Source: an uncultured Gammaproteobacteria bacterium
GTDB taxonomy: Bacteria; Patescibacteriota; Microgenomatia; UBA10105; UBA927
Direction of reading: 5' to 3'
Assembly: GCA_964361785.1 (NCBI GenBank)
Contig: CAYIBX010000001.1
Location: 5,857-69,856 of the forward strand
Length of the DNA: 64,000 bases
Positions 10,434-19,424 of the stretch are shown one piece after another. Below the pieces are notes generated by a model. It did not search any database and had not been told where the DNA came from. It worked only from the letters and a program-made list of their open reading frames with translations. Numbering within the stretch: position 1 is the first letter of the stretch; every line of letters starts with the position of its first letter. The position numbers and the translations under genes are program-made.

Positions 10434-11559
10434 TATGAAAGCAATACTTGTTTGGTATGTAGTAGTGGGATGTTTATTCTCACTTTTTTCATTTGGGTTC
10501 GTTGATCCGAATTTTAGTATTTCGACTCATCCATTGGCATTATCTATCCTCAATCCCTTGATTCATATCGTGTATAAAACACCGATTATAGCTGCGACTC
10601 TGTATACATTGTTTGTTATCATTTTTTTTATCTTGTATGCATTGATTATTAGGATAAAGACGCTCCTGACACTAAAAACATATTGGAAATTTTTGTTATT
10701 GCTAAGTATTATCTTTTTTCTATCCTATCCTTCATTATCTCATGACATATTCAACTATATCCTTAGCGCAAAAGTGGCATATTTTTATCGAGAAAATCCC
10801 TATCTTGTAATGCCGACAGAACTTCTTGGTGAGCCGATGCTCGGGTTTACGAGAGCCGCCAATAAGCTTGCGCTATACGGGCCAGTGTGGATACTTGCTA
10901 CGTGGATTCCGTATGTACTTTCTTTTGGTAATGTATTGGTCGCGTTGTATACCTTTAAACTATTGGTGATCACCTCATATGTGACGATATGTATTCTCAT
11001 ATATAAAATGACCAAGGATGTGCGTCGAGTCCTATTTTTTGCATGTAATCCACTTGTGATTATCGAAACATTTGTTTCCGGTCACAACGATACGTTCATG
11101 ATGGCGCTTGTTCTCTATGGAATATATCTTTGCAGGAGCAATCAATTATTCGCGCAAATTGCAGGATGGGGTTTTATGACTGCATCAGTATTAGTAAAGG
11201 GTGCAACTATTGTTTTATTGCCGCTTTTTGTATTTTTCCGAACTTTGTCAGACGAAAAACTATTTTTTTGGGCTAGCGTGTGTAGTTTCGGTGTCTTTTT
11301 ACTGACGCCACTTCGCGAAGAACTGTATCCGTGGTACGCCATATGGTTTCTTGTATTTGTATCACTGTTGCCTATGGGCAAAAGATCCTTTATTCATGGA
11401 GCCGCGTATATGTTAAGCTTTGGATTAATGCTGCGGTATTTGCCGTGGATAGCGACGCGAGAATATGGCGGCACAGGTCCGATGATACGGCTTTTTGTGA
11501 CATGGGTGCCGTTGGCTTGTTATAGTTTTTGGTATAAAATTTTTGTGAACAAACGATGA
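10426..11559 (+). CDS. Polytopic membrane protein, possible GT-C/DUF2029-like
   Basis: 377 aa with about 10 TM segments. It lies between the two YfhO-like paralogs. Confidence 0.45.
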   Translation: MSNMKAILVWYVVVGCLFSLFSFGFVDPNFSISTHPLALSILNPLIHIVYKTPIIAATLYTLFVIIFFILYALIIRIKTLLTLKTYWKFLLLLSIIFFLSYPSLSHDIFNYILSAKVAYFYRENPYLVMPTELLGEPMLGFTRAANKLALYGPVWILATWIPYVLSFGNVLVALYTFKLLVITSYVTICILIYKMTKDVRRVLFFACNPLVIIETFVSGHNDTFMMALVLYGIYLCRSNQLFAQIAGWGFMTASVLVKGATIVLLPLFVFFRTLSDEKLFFWASVCSFGVFLLTPLREELYPWYAIWFLVFVSLLPMGKRSFIHGAAYMLSFGLMLRYLPWIATREYGGTGPMIRLFVTWVPLACYSFWYKIFVNKR

Positions 11560-13202
11560 AATTTTTATTGCTCGCGCTTATTCCGGCAATATTTGCATCG
11601 CAATGGCTTTTTGGTGCTCGATTTATCCCGACGCATGACGGAGAGTATCATATTATTCGTTTCTGGCAGTTTTATAAGATGTTGTCTCAAGGGTATGTAT
11701 TTCCTCGATGGGCGCCTGATTTAAATAGTGGATACGGCTTACCGCTTTTTCTTTTTCATTATCCATTCCCTAACTATATAGGAAGTTTATTCCATGCATT
11801 GGGCGCGACGTTTGTCGACACCGTGAAGCTCACACTTGCGTTGGGGTATCTTATCGCTATTGTGTGGTGCTTTTTGTGGCTTAGAAAAGTATTTGGAAAT
11901 ATACCAGCGCTTATCGGTACGATTATATGTTCCATGGTGCCGTATTGGTTTTTGGATATTTATGTACGGGGATCAGTGGGAGAGGTGTGGGCGCTTTCTT
12001 TTGTACTATTAACCCTTGCAGCGTTAGAATATGGTGTTTCCTTTGGTGTAGCAATAGGGATAGCCGGTATTATAGTAAGTCACAATATTACAGCACTCAT
12101 ATTTATTCCAATTATTTTTTTGTATGCGTGGTATCGCAAACGAGGCAACATCTTAGCAATCGCTACAGGAATTGGATTAGCAACGTATTTTTGGCTGCCG
12201 GCACTTGTTGAGAGTCGTTTCATGGTGGGTTTAAATAGTGTTTCGTATGCTGATCATTTTCCGGATCTTTTTCAGCTGCTCTTCCCATCGTGGGGAACGG
12301 GATTTTCGGGTGTAGGGATTACAGCTGATGAGATGTCGTATCAAATTGGCATCGTGCCGCTTCTTGTATTATGTATCAGTTTTTTTATGGCTATGAGAAA
12401 GAAAGTATTACGAGCAATAATTTTTCCCGTTCTTTGTGTGACAGCAATTGCAATTTTTGGTATGACAGAGTACTCGTTGCCATTATGGCGATACGTGCCG
12501 CTTATGGGCAATATTCAGTATCCATGGAGATTATTGATGGTTACCACCATTGCCACTGGGTATCTTGGAGCGCTTCTTACTGCAGTGACACCACGATGGA
12601 TTATGGTAGGGTTCACTGTTCTGGCTTTTATAGCAAGTTTTTCCTACATGAAACCAGTGACGTATGAAAAACGGGATGATGCACATTACCTTTCTCGGCG
12701 AGAGTTTACCGATGGCACATCATCTCTCGGTAATTCTTTTTCTACAATCTGGACAGAATGGAAAAAAGAGCGGTTTTCTACAAGGTTTCAAGCGAGTACT
12801 GGGGATGCCATTATAAATTTGTACAAAGAGACCCCACTTTCATATGAGATGACTATCAATGCGAAAACAGAGATCACTGTTTCAGCGCAGATACTCTATT
12901 TTCCGGGGTGGAAAGCGTACGTTGACGGTAAAGAAACAACCATCTCCTACCAAACTGACGGTATTATCCATGTGAACATGCCAGTTGGTGAGCATGAGCT
13001 TCGCATTAAATTTACAGAGACGCCCTTGCAACTATTTGCCGACGGCATATCACTACTCAGTTTGTTCTCTTTGTTAGCTTTCGGTATACTTAAAGGTACT
13101 CATGCGTATCGCAATAAGTTCAGCACCCCTTTCAAGCGGCCACAAAACACGGGGAGTGGGCGTATATACCCGAGAACTCATCAACGCACTCAAAAAAAAT
13201 AA
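11556..13202 (+). CDS. YfhO-like GT-C membrane glycosyltransferase, paralog B
   Basis: 'HDGEYHIIRF...PRWAPDLNSGYGLP', 'FLDIYVRGSVGE', and a C-terminal 'YFPGWKAYVDGKET'. Collinear with 7527..9149. The basic tail overlaps the next gene by 100 nt. Confidence 0.55.
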   Translation: MKFLLLALIPAIFASQWLFGARFIPTHDGEYHIIRFWQFYKMLSQGYVFPRWAPDLNSGYGLPLFLFHYPFPNYIGSLFHALGATFVDTVKLTLALGYLIAIVWCFLWLRKVFGNIPALIGTIICSMVPYWFLDIYVRGSVGEVWALSFVLLTLAALEYGVSFGVAIGIAGIIVSHNITALIFIPIIFLYAWYRKRGNILAIATGIGLATYFWLPALVESRFMVGLNSVSYADHFPDLFQLLFPSWGTGFSGVGITADEMSYQIGIVPLLVLCISFFMAMRKKVLRAIIFPVLCVTAIAIFGMTEYSLPLWRYVPLMGNIQYPWRLLMVTTIATGYLGALLTAVTPRWIMVGFTVLAFIASFSYMKPVTYEKRDDAHYLSRREFTDGTSSLGNSFSTIWTEWKKERFSTRFQASTGDAIINLYKETPLSYEMTINAKTEITVSAQILYFPGWKAYVDGKETTISYQTDGIIHVNMPVGEHELRIKFTETPLQLFADGISLLSLFSLLAFGILKGTHAYRNKFSTPFKRPQNTGSGRIYPRTHQRTQKK

Positions 13203-14163
13203 TACCGTTTCCATCCACGAATTTTCTAGCTTTCGTGATATTCCAAAAGAAGTAGACCTTGTTCACTTCACAAATTTTGATCCATTTTTTTTGACACTTC
13301 CATTTATTTTCAACAAACCATTTGTAGTGACGGTGCATGACCTTACGCCGCTCGTGTTTCCGGAGCATTTTCCCAGAGGAATTCGCGGTGAGTTGAAGTG
13401 GCAAATACAAAAATGGAATATATCCCCCGCCGCAAGGATTATTACCGATAGTATTATTTCAAAAAATGATGTCGTAAACATATTGCGTAGACCTGCAGAT
13501 ACAATTGATGTAGTGCCGTTAGCATCAAGCAGTGCGTTTATAAAACCTATTAGCACCGATGCCGTGAAACGCGTGGCAAAAAAGTATGCACCCCCCAAAC
13601 GATTTGCAATGTACGTAGGGGACGTCAATTGGAACAAAAATATTCTTGGACTTCTCAACGCGTGGCAAATTCTGGTTGCGAAAGGTGCGATGCGATTCGG
13701 CGAGAAGCTGTTTCTAGTGGGACAAGCTTTTTTGGGTGATTCAACGGAAGCGAAAACTATTGATACCTATGTTAAAAAATTTCATCTTGAATCATCTATA
13801 GAGAGAGTAGGTCAAGTATCGGATGATGATTTGCCTGCGTTTCTTTCTCAAGCGAGTGTGTGTGTACTTCCATCGTATTATGAAGGATTTGGATTGCCGG
13901 TTCTTGAGGCGATGTCTGCAGGTACGGTGGTGATCGCGACACATGGCGGGAGCTTGAAAGAAATTGCTGGCCCATCACTCATTTGTGATCCGGATGACAA
14001 CGAAAGCATTGCTCGAAAGATAGAAGAAGCATTTTCACTGTCCCAATCAAAACGGGAAGAATTGATACGTGAGGGTCATGCGTGGGCGAAGAAATTTAGT
14101 TGGGATCGTGCAGCTTGCGAAACAATAGCCGTGTATAATACCGTAATTAACCCTTCGATATAA
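13102..14163 (+). CDS. Family 4 (GT-B) glycosyltransferase
   Basis: 'MRIAISSAP...GVGVYTREL' N-terminus and the 'EGFGLPVLEAMSAGTVVIA' motif. Confidence 0.8.
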   Translation: MRIAISSAPLSSGHKTRGVGVYTRELINALKKNNTVSIHEFSSFRDIPKEVDLVHFTNFDPFFLTLPFIFNKPFVVTVHDLTPLVFPEHFPRGIRGELKWQIQKWNISPAARIITDSIISKNDVVNILRRPADTIDVVPLASSSAFIKPISTDAVKRVAKKYAPPKRFAMYVGDVNWNKNILGLLNAWQILVAKGAMRFGEKLFLVGQAFLGDSTEAKTIDTYVKKFHLESSIERVGQVSDDDLPAFLSQASVCVLPSYYEGFGLPVLEAMSAGTVVIATHGGSLKEIAGPSLICDPDDNESIARKIEEAFSLSQSKREELIREGHAWAKKFSWDRAACETIAVYNTVINPSI

Positions 14164-14196
14164 CGTAGGGTTTGACATATAAACCTTAGATTATAC

Positions 14197-14225
14197 TTGA
14201 CAGGTAGGCAATACGAGTATATACT
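14197..14225 (+). promoter_or_regulatory. Sigma70-like promoter (TTGACA-17 nt-TATACT) abutting the ATG at 14232
   Basis: Direct read: ttgaca(14197-14202), ggtaggcaatacgagta(17), tatact(14220-14225). It sits in the only sizable intergenic gap of the first 33 kb. Confidence 0.5.
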
Positions 14226-14231
14226 GCAACT

Positions 14232-15593
14232 ATGGATAGAGAAGTGTGTCAAACGTTAATTTCGACATGGAACCCTCACTTTACTGATCCTTTGAAAGGT
14301 AAATGGATACATACTGTGCCTCGAGAGAAGTATCTTGAGCGCCTCAAAAAACTTCTGGATATTCGTCATGTGTTGATACTTACTGGTGTTCGTCGTGCAG
14401 GGAAATCAACACTGATGCATCAGCTTATGGAGCATCTTATCGTTGAGAAAGGCATACCGGCCAAAAACGTGGTGTATTTGTTTTTGGAGGATATATTGGT
14501 GCAGCAGTATTTGACACAAGGCTGGAAACTCTTGGAAGATATTTTTATCTATTATATGGAGACTTACAACCCGCAAGGGAAAGTTTATATATTTTTGGAT
14601 GAAATTCAAGGAATTAAAGACTTCAATCGTTGGATAAGCAGTAAGTATGAGCGGAAAGATCCTGTTAAGTTTATACTTTCCGGATCACGCCGATCGTTGG
14701 TTGAGTCAGAGTCGGCGACAGTTTTGACCGGCAGAAACGTTCAAGTAGACGTCTACCCCTTTAACTTTTATGAATATTTGCGCATAAAAGGAATTACTAT
14801 AGAAGGGCAAGCGAATATATCATCGATTCTCAAGGCTAATTTCTCCCAACAAACGAAAATTTTACATCACTTGGGGAATTATATGAAAGAAGGCGGGTAT
14901 CCTGAGATAGTGCTTACCGAAGATGAAGATGTCAAACGGACATTGGCATCAAATTATTTTAGAGATACGGTTTCAAGAGACGTTGTGGTGCCCAATGGTG
15001 TTCGAAATCAGCAGGAAGTAGAAGTATTAGGACTTCAGATTATGTCTGATTTTACAAAAACGCATACATACAGTAGTTTATCTCGATCGCAGAAACTCTC
15101 TTTAGAGACTACCAAGTCCTACATCGAGTATTTTCAGCGGGCATATTTACTCTTTGAGAGTAAGCATTATTCGTATAAAACGAAGGAGACGCAGGATGTG
15201 CAAAGAGCCCGAAAGATGTACGTAGTCGATAATGGACTGCGAAATTTTAACGTGCCGCTTTTACGGCCTGATATCGGGCAATGTGCGGAAAATGTAGTAT
15301 ACATGGAGTTAAAAAAACAATCGCAGGCGATTTACTATTGGAAAGGCAAAAAAGAGATAGATTTTGTGACTATGGATCCTGCGTTGGCTTTTTATAATGT
15401 TTCATATACTGATCAGCCGCATGAGAGAGAAACACAGGGCATGGTAGAAGGATTGCAGGAGTTTAATAAGGAAAAAGGATATGTGTTGACGAAAAATTAT
15501 TCGGCTATACAAAAGATAGATGGAAAAACTTTGGAATTTATTCCGCTCTGGGCGTGGTTAGTCTTCCATGGTAAGGCATTTTTCAACGCATGA
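14232..15593 (+). CDS. AAA-type ATPase with DUF4143-like C-terminal domain
   Basis: Walker A 'GVRRAGKST'. Size and layout match the AAA_14 + DUF4143 family. It is unrelated to glycan synthesis and is preceded by its own promoter. Confidence 0.65.
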   Translation: MDREVCQTLISTWNPHFTDPLKGKWIHTVPREKYLERLKKLLDIRHVLILTGVRRAGKSTLMHQLMEHLIVEKGIPAKNVVYLFLEDILVQQYLTQGWKLLEDIFIYYMETYNPQGKVYIFLDEIQGIKDFNRWISSKYERKDPVKFILSGSRRSLVESESATVLTGRNVQVDVYPFNFYEYLRIKGITIEGQANISSILKANFSQQTKILHHLGNYMKEGGYPEIVLTEDEDVKRTLASNYFRDTVSRDVVVPNGVRNQQEVEVLGLQIMSDFTKTHTYSSLSRSQKLSLETTKSYIEYFQRAYLLFESKHYSYKTKETQDVQRARKMYVVDNGLRNFNVPLLRPDIGQCAENVVYMELKKQSQAIYYWKGKKEIDFVTMDPALAFYNVSYTDQPHERETQGMVEGLQEFNKEKGYVLTKNYSAIQKIDGKTLEFIPLWAWLVFHGKAFFNA

Positions 15594-16342
15594 AAAAATT
15601 TTCTGTAATCATACCTGTATACAACGAAAAGACGACAGTAGAAGAAGTGCTTACTCGCGTGTCCCAAACGAAGGTTGTAGGGTGGGAGAAAGAAATCATT
15701 ATTATCGATGACGGATCGACCGATGGCACGCAAGAGATACTGAAAACATGGGTGAAGAAGGTAGAGGTCATTTTCAAGAAGAAAAATGAAGGCAAAGGAT
15801 CGGCGGTAACAATAGGGATTACGATGGCCACTGGTGATATTATTCTTATCCAAGATGCTGATTTAGAATACAGTCCATCCGATTATCCGATACTGTTGGC
15901 TCCATTTGAAAACGGTCGGGTTCATGTCGTATATGGATCACGATTTTTGGGTGGACACTTATCTACTATGTTTGTCTATGCGTTGGGAAATAAATTTGTC
16001 ACACTCGTTACCAATATTCTTTACAACACAAATATTACGGACATGGAGACAGGATACAAAGTATTTGATGCATCAGTATTGAAAAATATACGTATTAAAG
16101 CAAAGCGGTTTGATTTTGAACCGGAAATTACTGCAAAGGTGTTGCGGAGCGGGTTTCAAATATATGAAGTGCCTATTTCGTATTTTGGTCGCAAATTCTC
16201 CGAAGGCAAGAAGCTCACGTGGCGTGATGGAGTGACGGCACTTTTTACACTGTTGCGATTACGATTTTGGTCGCCGACCCGCTTCGCCCGCCTAGACTCG
16301 GCGAGACTAGTCGAAGCTTCAGCGAGGCGAGCCCGAACATGA
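15590..16342 (+). CDS. Family 2 glycosyltransferase (Dpm1/polyprenyl-phosphate sugar synthase-like)
   Basis: 'FSVIIPVYNEKTTVEEV...IIIDDGSTDGT...QDADLEY'. The last ~22 codons are read from a GC-rich repeat module (see findings). Confidence 0.8.
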   Translation: MKKFSVIIPVYNEKTTVEEVLTRVSQTKVVGWEKEIIIIDDGSTDGTQEILKTWVKKVEVIFKKKNEGKGSAVTIGITMATGDIILIQDADLEYSPSDYPILLAPFENGRVHVVYGSRFLGGHLSTMFVYALGNKFVTLVTNILYNTNITDMETGYKVFDASVLKNIRIKAKRFDFEPEITAKVLRSGFQIYEVPISYFGRKFSEGKKLTWRDGVTALFTLLRLRFWSPTRFARLDSARLVEASARRART

Positions 16343-17589
16343 AAAAATTAATTCTAAAACTTCGTACGCTTGTCGCGCATCCATTGGCGAAAGGAAGCCT
16401 CATTATTTTAATTGGTTCTATGGTGGCCAATGTAGGCGCGTATGCATATCATGTACTCGTAGGGAGATTATTAGGACCAGTTATATATGGAGAATTTTCG
16501 GCGTTATTATCATTATTTTACATCATAAATATCGGTTCTGGCGTCGTACAGACTGTCCTTGCGAAGTTTTTTTCACAGCTTCGCGCGAGAAAATTACTGC
16601 AAGAAGTTCCTACACTTTTTTGGGTGGCGTTTCGATATATTTGCGCTGGTTCATTGATCGGCTTGCTTGTTGTGATAGTTTCATCTAACGCATTGGGTGA
16701 ATTTTTACATATATCTTCAAGTTACTTTATATGGCTCTATTTCTTATTTGTGAGTTTCATTTTTTCTGTCATAAACATAAGCATCATGCAATCATTTCAA
16801 CTATTTTTGGCATCCAGTGTGGTGACCAATATCGGAATGCTGTTGCGATTAATATTTGGGGTGTTAGGAGCGCCATTTGGGCTCATAGGAGTACTTATAG
16901 GAAATATCATATCCAACGTGATTTCATACGTTATAAATTTTGTGCCGATTTGGGGTCTTATAAGGGTAAAGTCAAAATCGTTATCGATCACAAAAGCTGA
17001 CGCGGCGGTCTATAGTCTTCCTACGTTACTGGCTACACTTGGTACCATCGCACTCTATAGTCAAGATGTTTTGCTTGTGAAGCATTTTTTCTCTCCATAT
17101 GAAGCAGGGATTTACGCATCTCTTGCAGTGCTTGGAAAGGTAATATTTTATACTTCAGCGGCGTTAGGGTTTGTGATGTTCCCGATGATAGTTGAGAAAA
17201 AAGAATTAAAGCTTTCACACCATCGTATGGTTTTTGGCGCGCTCGGTGGAGTGGCTCTACTATCAGGCATGTTAACGTTAGGTTATTTTCTTGCACCAAC
17301 CTTTATCGTTCGGATTATGTATGGAACAGCATTTGATGGCGCTATTCCTTTTATGGGCTTATTTGGTATATTTATCACATTTTTTACGCTGGTTAATTTA
17401 CTTACCACTATTTTTCTTGCTATCGGCAGAACGCGCGTATGGGTGATTACTATGGGAGCGGCAATAACACAAGCAATAGGATTGTGGTTTTTTCATGCGT
17501 CACTCTATCAGGTGATTTATATAAATATCGCAGTCGCGTTTTTTACTTGTATGATCCTTTTGATATACTACCGCTATGGGAAAGATTAA
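16339..17589 (+). CDS. Wzx-like oligosaccharide flippase (MOP superfamily polysaccharide biosynthesis protein)
   Basis: About 416 aa with about 12-14 TM segments. Start taken at 'MKKLILKL' with ATGA overlap to the GT2 gene. The longer ORF from 16267 is rejected. Confidence 0.6.
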   Translation: MKKLILKLRTLVAHPLAKGSLIILIGSMVANVGAYAYHVLVGRLLGPVIYGEFSALLSLFYIINIGSGVVQTVLAKFFSQLRARKLLQEVPTLFWVAFRYICAGSLIGLLVVIVSSNALGEFLHISSSYFIWLYFLFVSFIFSVINISIMQSFQLFLASSVVTNIGMLLRLIFGVLGAPFGLIGVLIGNIISNVISYVINFVPIWGLIRVKSKSLSITKADAAVYSLPTLLATLGTIALYSQDVLLVKHFFSPYEAGIYASLAVLGKVIFYTSAALGFVMFPMIVEKKELKLSHHRMVFGALGGVALLSGMLTLGYFLAPTFIVRIMYGTAFDGAIPFMGLFGIFITFFTLVNLLTTIFLAIGRTRVWVITMGAAITQAIGLWFFHASLYQVIYINIAVAFFTCMILLIYYRYGKD

Positions 17590-18379
17590 GCCAAAATTAT
17601 TATCATTGATTATTCCTGTATATAAACAGGAAAGAACAATCCAAAAACAGCTCCAGTCTATACTAGGCGAATTTACATTATTGTCCATTCCGTATGAAAT
17701 AATAGTCGTTATCGACGGCAAGGTCGACAATAGTGAAAAAGAAGCACGAAAGGTTCATTCCAATAAGCTTATCGTCACAGGATATAACACAAATCATGGC
17801 AAAGGGTATGCCGTGCGTTTTGGTATGGCGAAAAGTCATGGGGATATCATAGGGTTTATCGATTCTGGAGGAGATGTAAGCGAATTAGGGCTTTCTATGA
17901 TGCTCGAGCATTTTTATTGGTATAATGCGGATATTATAGTCGGGAGCAAGCGGCACCCAGTATCTAAAGTAAAATATCCATTTGAGAGAAAGATATTATC
18001 CTTTGGCTATCAGCAACTTACACGCGTATTGTTTGGCTTAAATTTAAAGGATACGCAGGTCGGGATAAAGCTTTATAGAAGGAACGTGTTGGAGGATGTA
18101 TTACCAAGGTTACTGGTAAAGCAATTTGCGTTTGATATAGAAATCTTGGCAGTCGCTAACCACTTAGGGTATACGCGAATCTTTGAAGCGCCAATTGAGT
18201 TAGATTTTACGGGAGTATCGAGTATTACATCGTATTCTGTTTGGAAAGTAGTGTATCGCATGCTTTGGGATACGTTTGCTGTTTTTTATCGATTAAAAAT
18301 TCTTCATTATTACGACAACATTAATAAAAAGAAGTGGATGTTTGATCCTGAATTAAACTTCAAAATCGCATTGCCATAG
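17576..18379 (+). CDS. Family 2 glycosyltransferase
   Basis: 'LSLIIPVYKQERTI...VVIDGKVDNS...IDSGGDV' shows a GT-A fold. Confidence 0.7.
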   Translation: MGKIKPKLLSLIIPVYKQERTIQKQLQSILGEFTLLSIPYEIIVVIDGKVDNSEKEARKVHSNKLIVTGYNTNHGKGYAVRFGMAKSHGDIIGFIDSGGDVSELGLSMMLEHFYWYNADIIVGSKRHPVSKVKYPFERKILSFGYQQLTRVLFGLNLKDTQVGIKLYRRNVLEDVLPRLLVKQFAFDIEILAVANHLGYTRIFEAPIELDFTGVSSITSYSVWKVVYRMLWDTFAVFYRLKILHYYDNINKKKWMFDPELNFKIALP

Positions 18380-18393
18380 TTTTTAAATAATGT

Positions 18394-19416
18394 ATGAACG
18401 TATGTATTACAGGAGGCGCTGGATTTATCGGGAGTAACGCGGCTGCGTATTATCTAAAAAAAGGCGCGTCAGTTACGATTTATGATAATCTTTCAAGAAA
18501 GGGTGCAGAAAAAAATCTTTTATGGTTAAAGACTCTTGGGGGAAAACTTGATGTCATAGTCGGGGATATTCGATCAGTTGAGGATTTAGATAAGGCAAAA
18601 GTAGCATTTGCATCTGCTGATCTTATGTTACATTTAGCCGCTCAAGTGGCAGTAACAACATCTGTCACCAATCCTCGTGAAGATTTTGATATCAATGCTT
18701 TGGGCACTTTCAATATTCTTGAAACGATGCGGTTATCGGGAAGTAAAGCTAAATTTATCTATTCATCGACCAATAAAGTATATGGTGGTATGGAAGACGT
18801 CACTGTTATTGAAGAAGCGACACATTATGCATATAAAGATCTTCTATTGGGGGTAAGTGAAGAAAGAGGATTAGATTTTCATTCTCCGTATGGATGCTCG
18901 AAGGGATCGGCTGATCAATATGTGCACGATTATGGCAGGATATATGGGCTTGATACGGTGGTGATGAGGCAATCATGTATTTATGGCCCGAGACAATTTG
19001 GCGTTGAGGATCAAGGGTGGGTTGCATGGTTTATCATCGCACTTAGTACAGGTGTACCGCTTTCCATTTACGGAGATGGTAAACAGGTTCGTGATCTTCT
19101 GTGTGTAGATGATTTGATAGCAGCGTATGATATGGCATTTATAGCAGGTGAGAAGACGCGCGGTGGTATTTATAATATAGGTGGGGGTTCTAAAAACGTT
19201 ATGTCTGTATGGCTCGAATTTGGTCCAATGCTCGAGAAGCTGTTTGGACGAAAAATATCACCTACATTTTATGATTGGCGGCCAGGAGATCAAAAAGTGT
19301 TTGTCTCAAATATAACAAAAGCTAAAGATGAATTTGGATGGACACCTACGATATCTGTCTCTGACGGTGTCGAAAAACTTCATAGGTGGATTACTACAAA
19401 TACTGACCTATTTTGA
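18394..19416 (+). CDS. NAD-dependent sugar-nucleotide epimerase (CDP-paratose/tyvelose 2-epimerase-like SDR)
   Basis: 'MNVCITGGAGFIGSN...YDNLSRKGAEKNLLWL' plus a YxxxK SDR catalytic region. Confidence 0.65.
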   Translation: MNVCITGGAGFIGSNAAAYYLKKGASVTIYDNLSRKGAEKNLLWLKTLGGKLDVIVGDIRSVEDLDKAKVAFASADLMLHLAAQVAVTTSVTNPREDFDINALGTFNILETMRLSGSKAKFIYSSTNKVYGGMEDVTVIEEATHYAYKDLLLGVSEERGLDFHSPYGCSKGSADQYVHDYGRIYGLDTVVMRQSCIYGPRQFGVEDQGWVAWFIIALSTGVPLSIYGDGKQVRDLLCVDDLIAAYDMAFIAGEKTRGGIYNIGGGSKNVMSVWLEFGPMLEKLFGRKISPTFYDWRPGDQKVFVSNITKAKDEFGWTPTISVSDGVEKLHRWITTNTDLF

Positions 19417-19424
19417 CTTAAATT

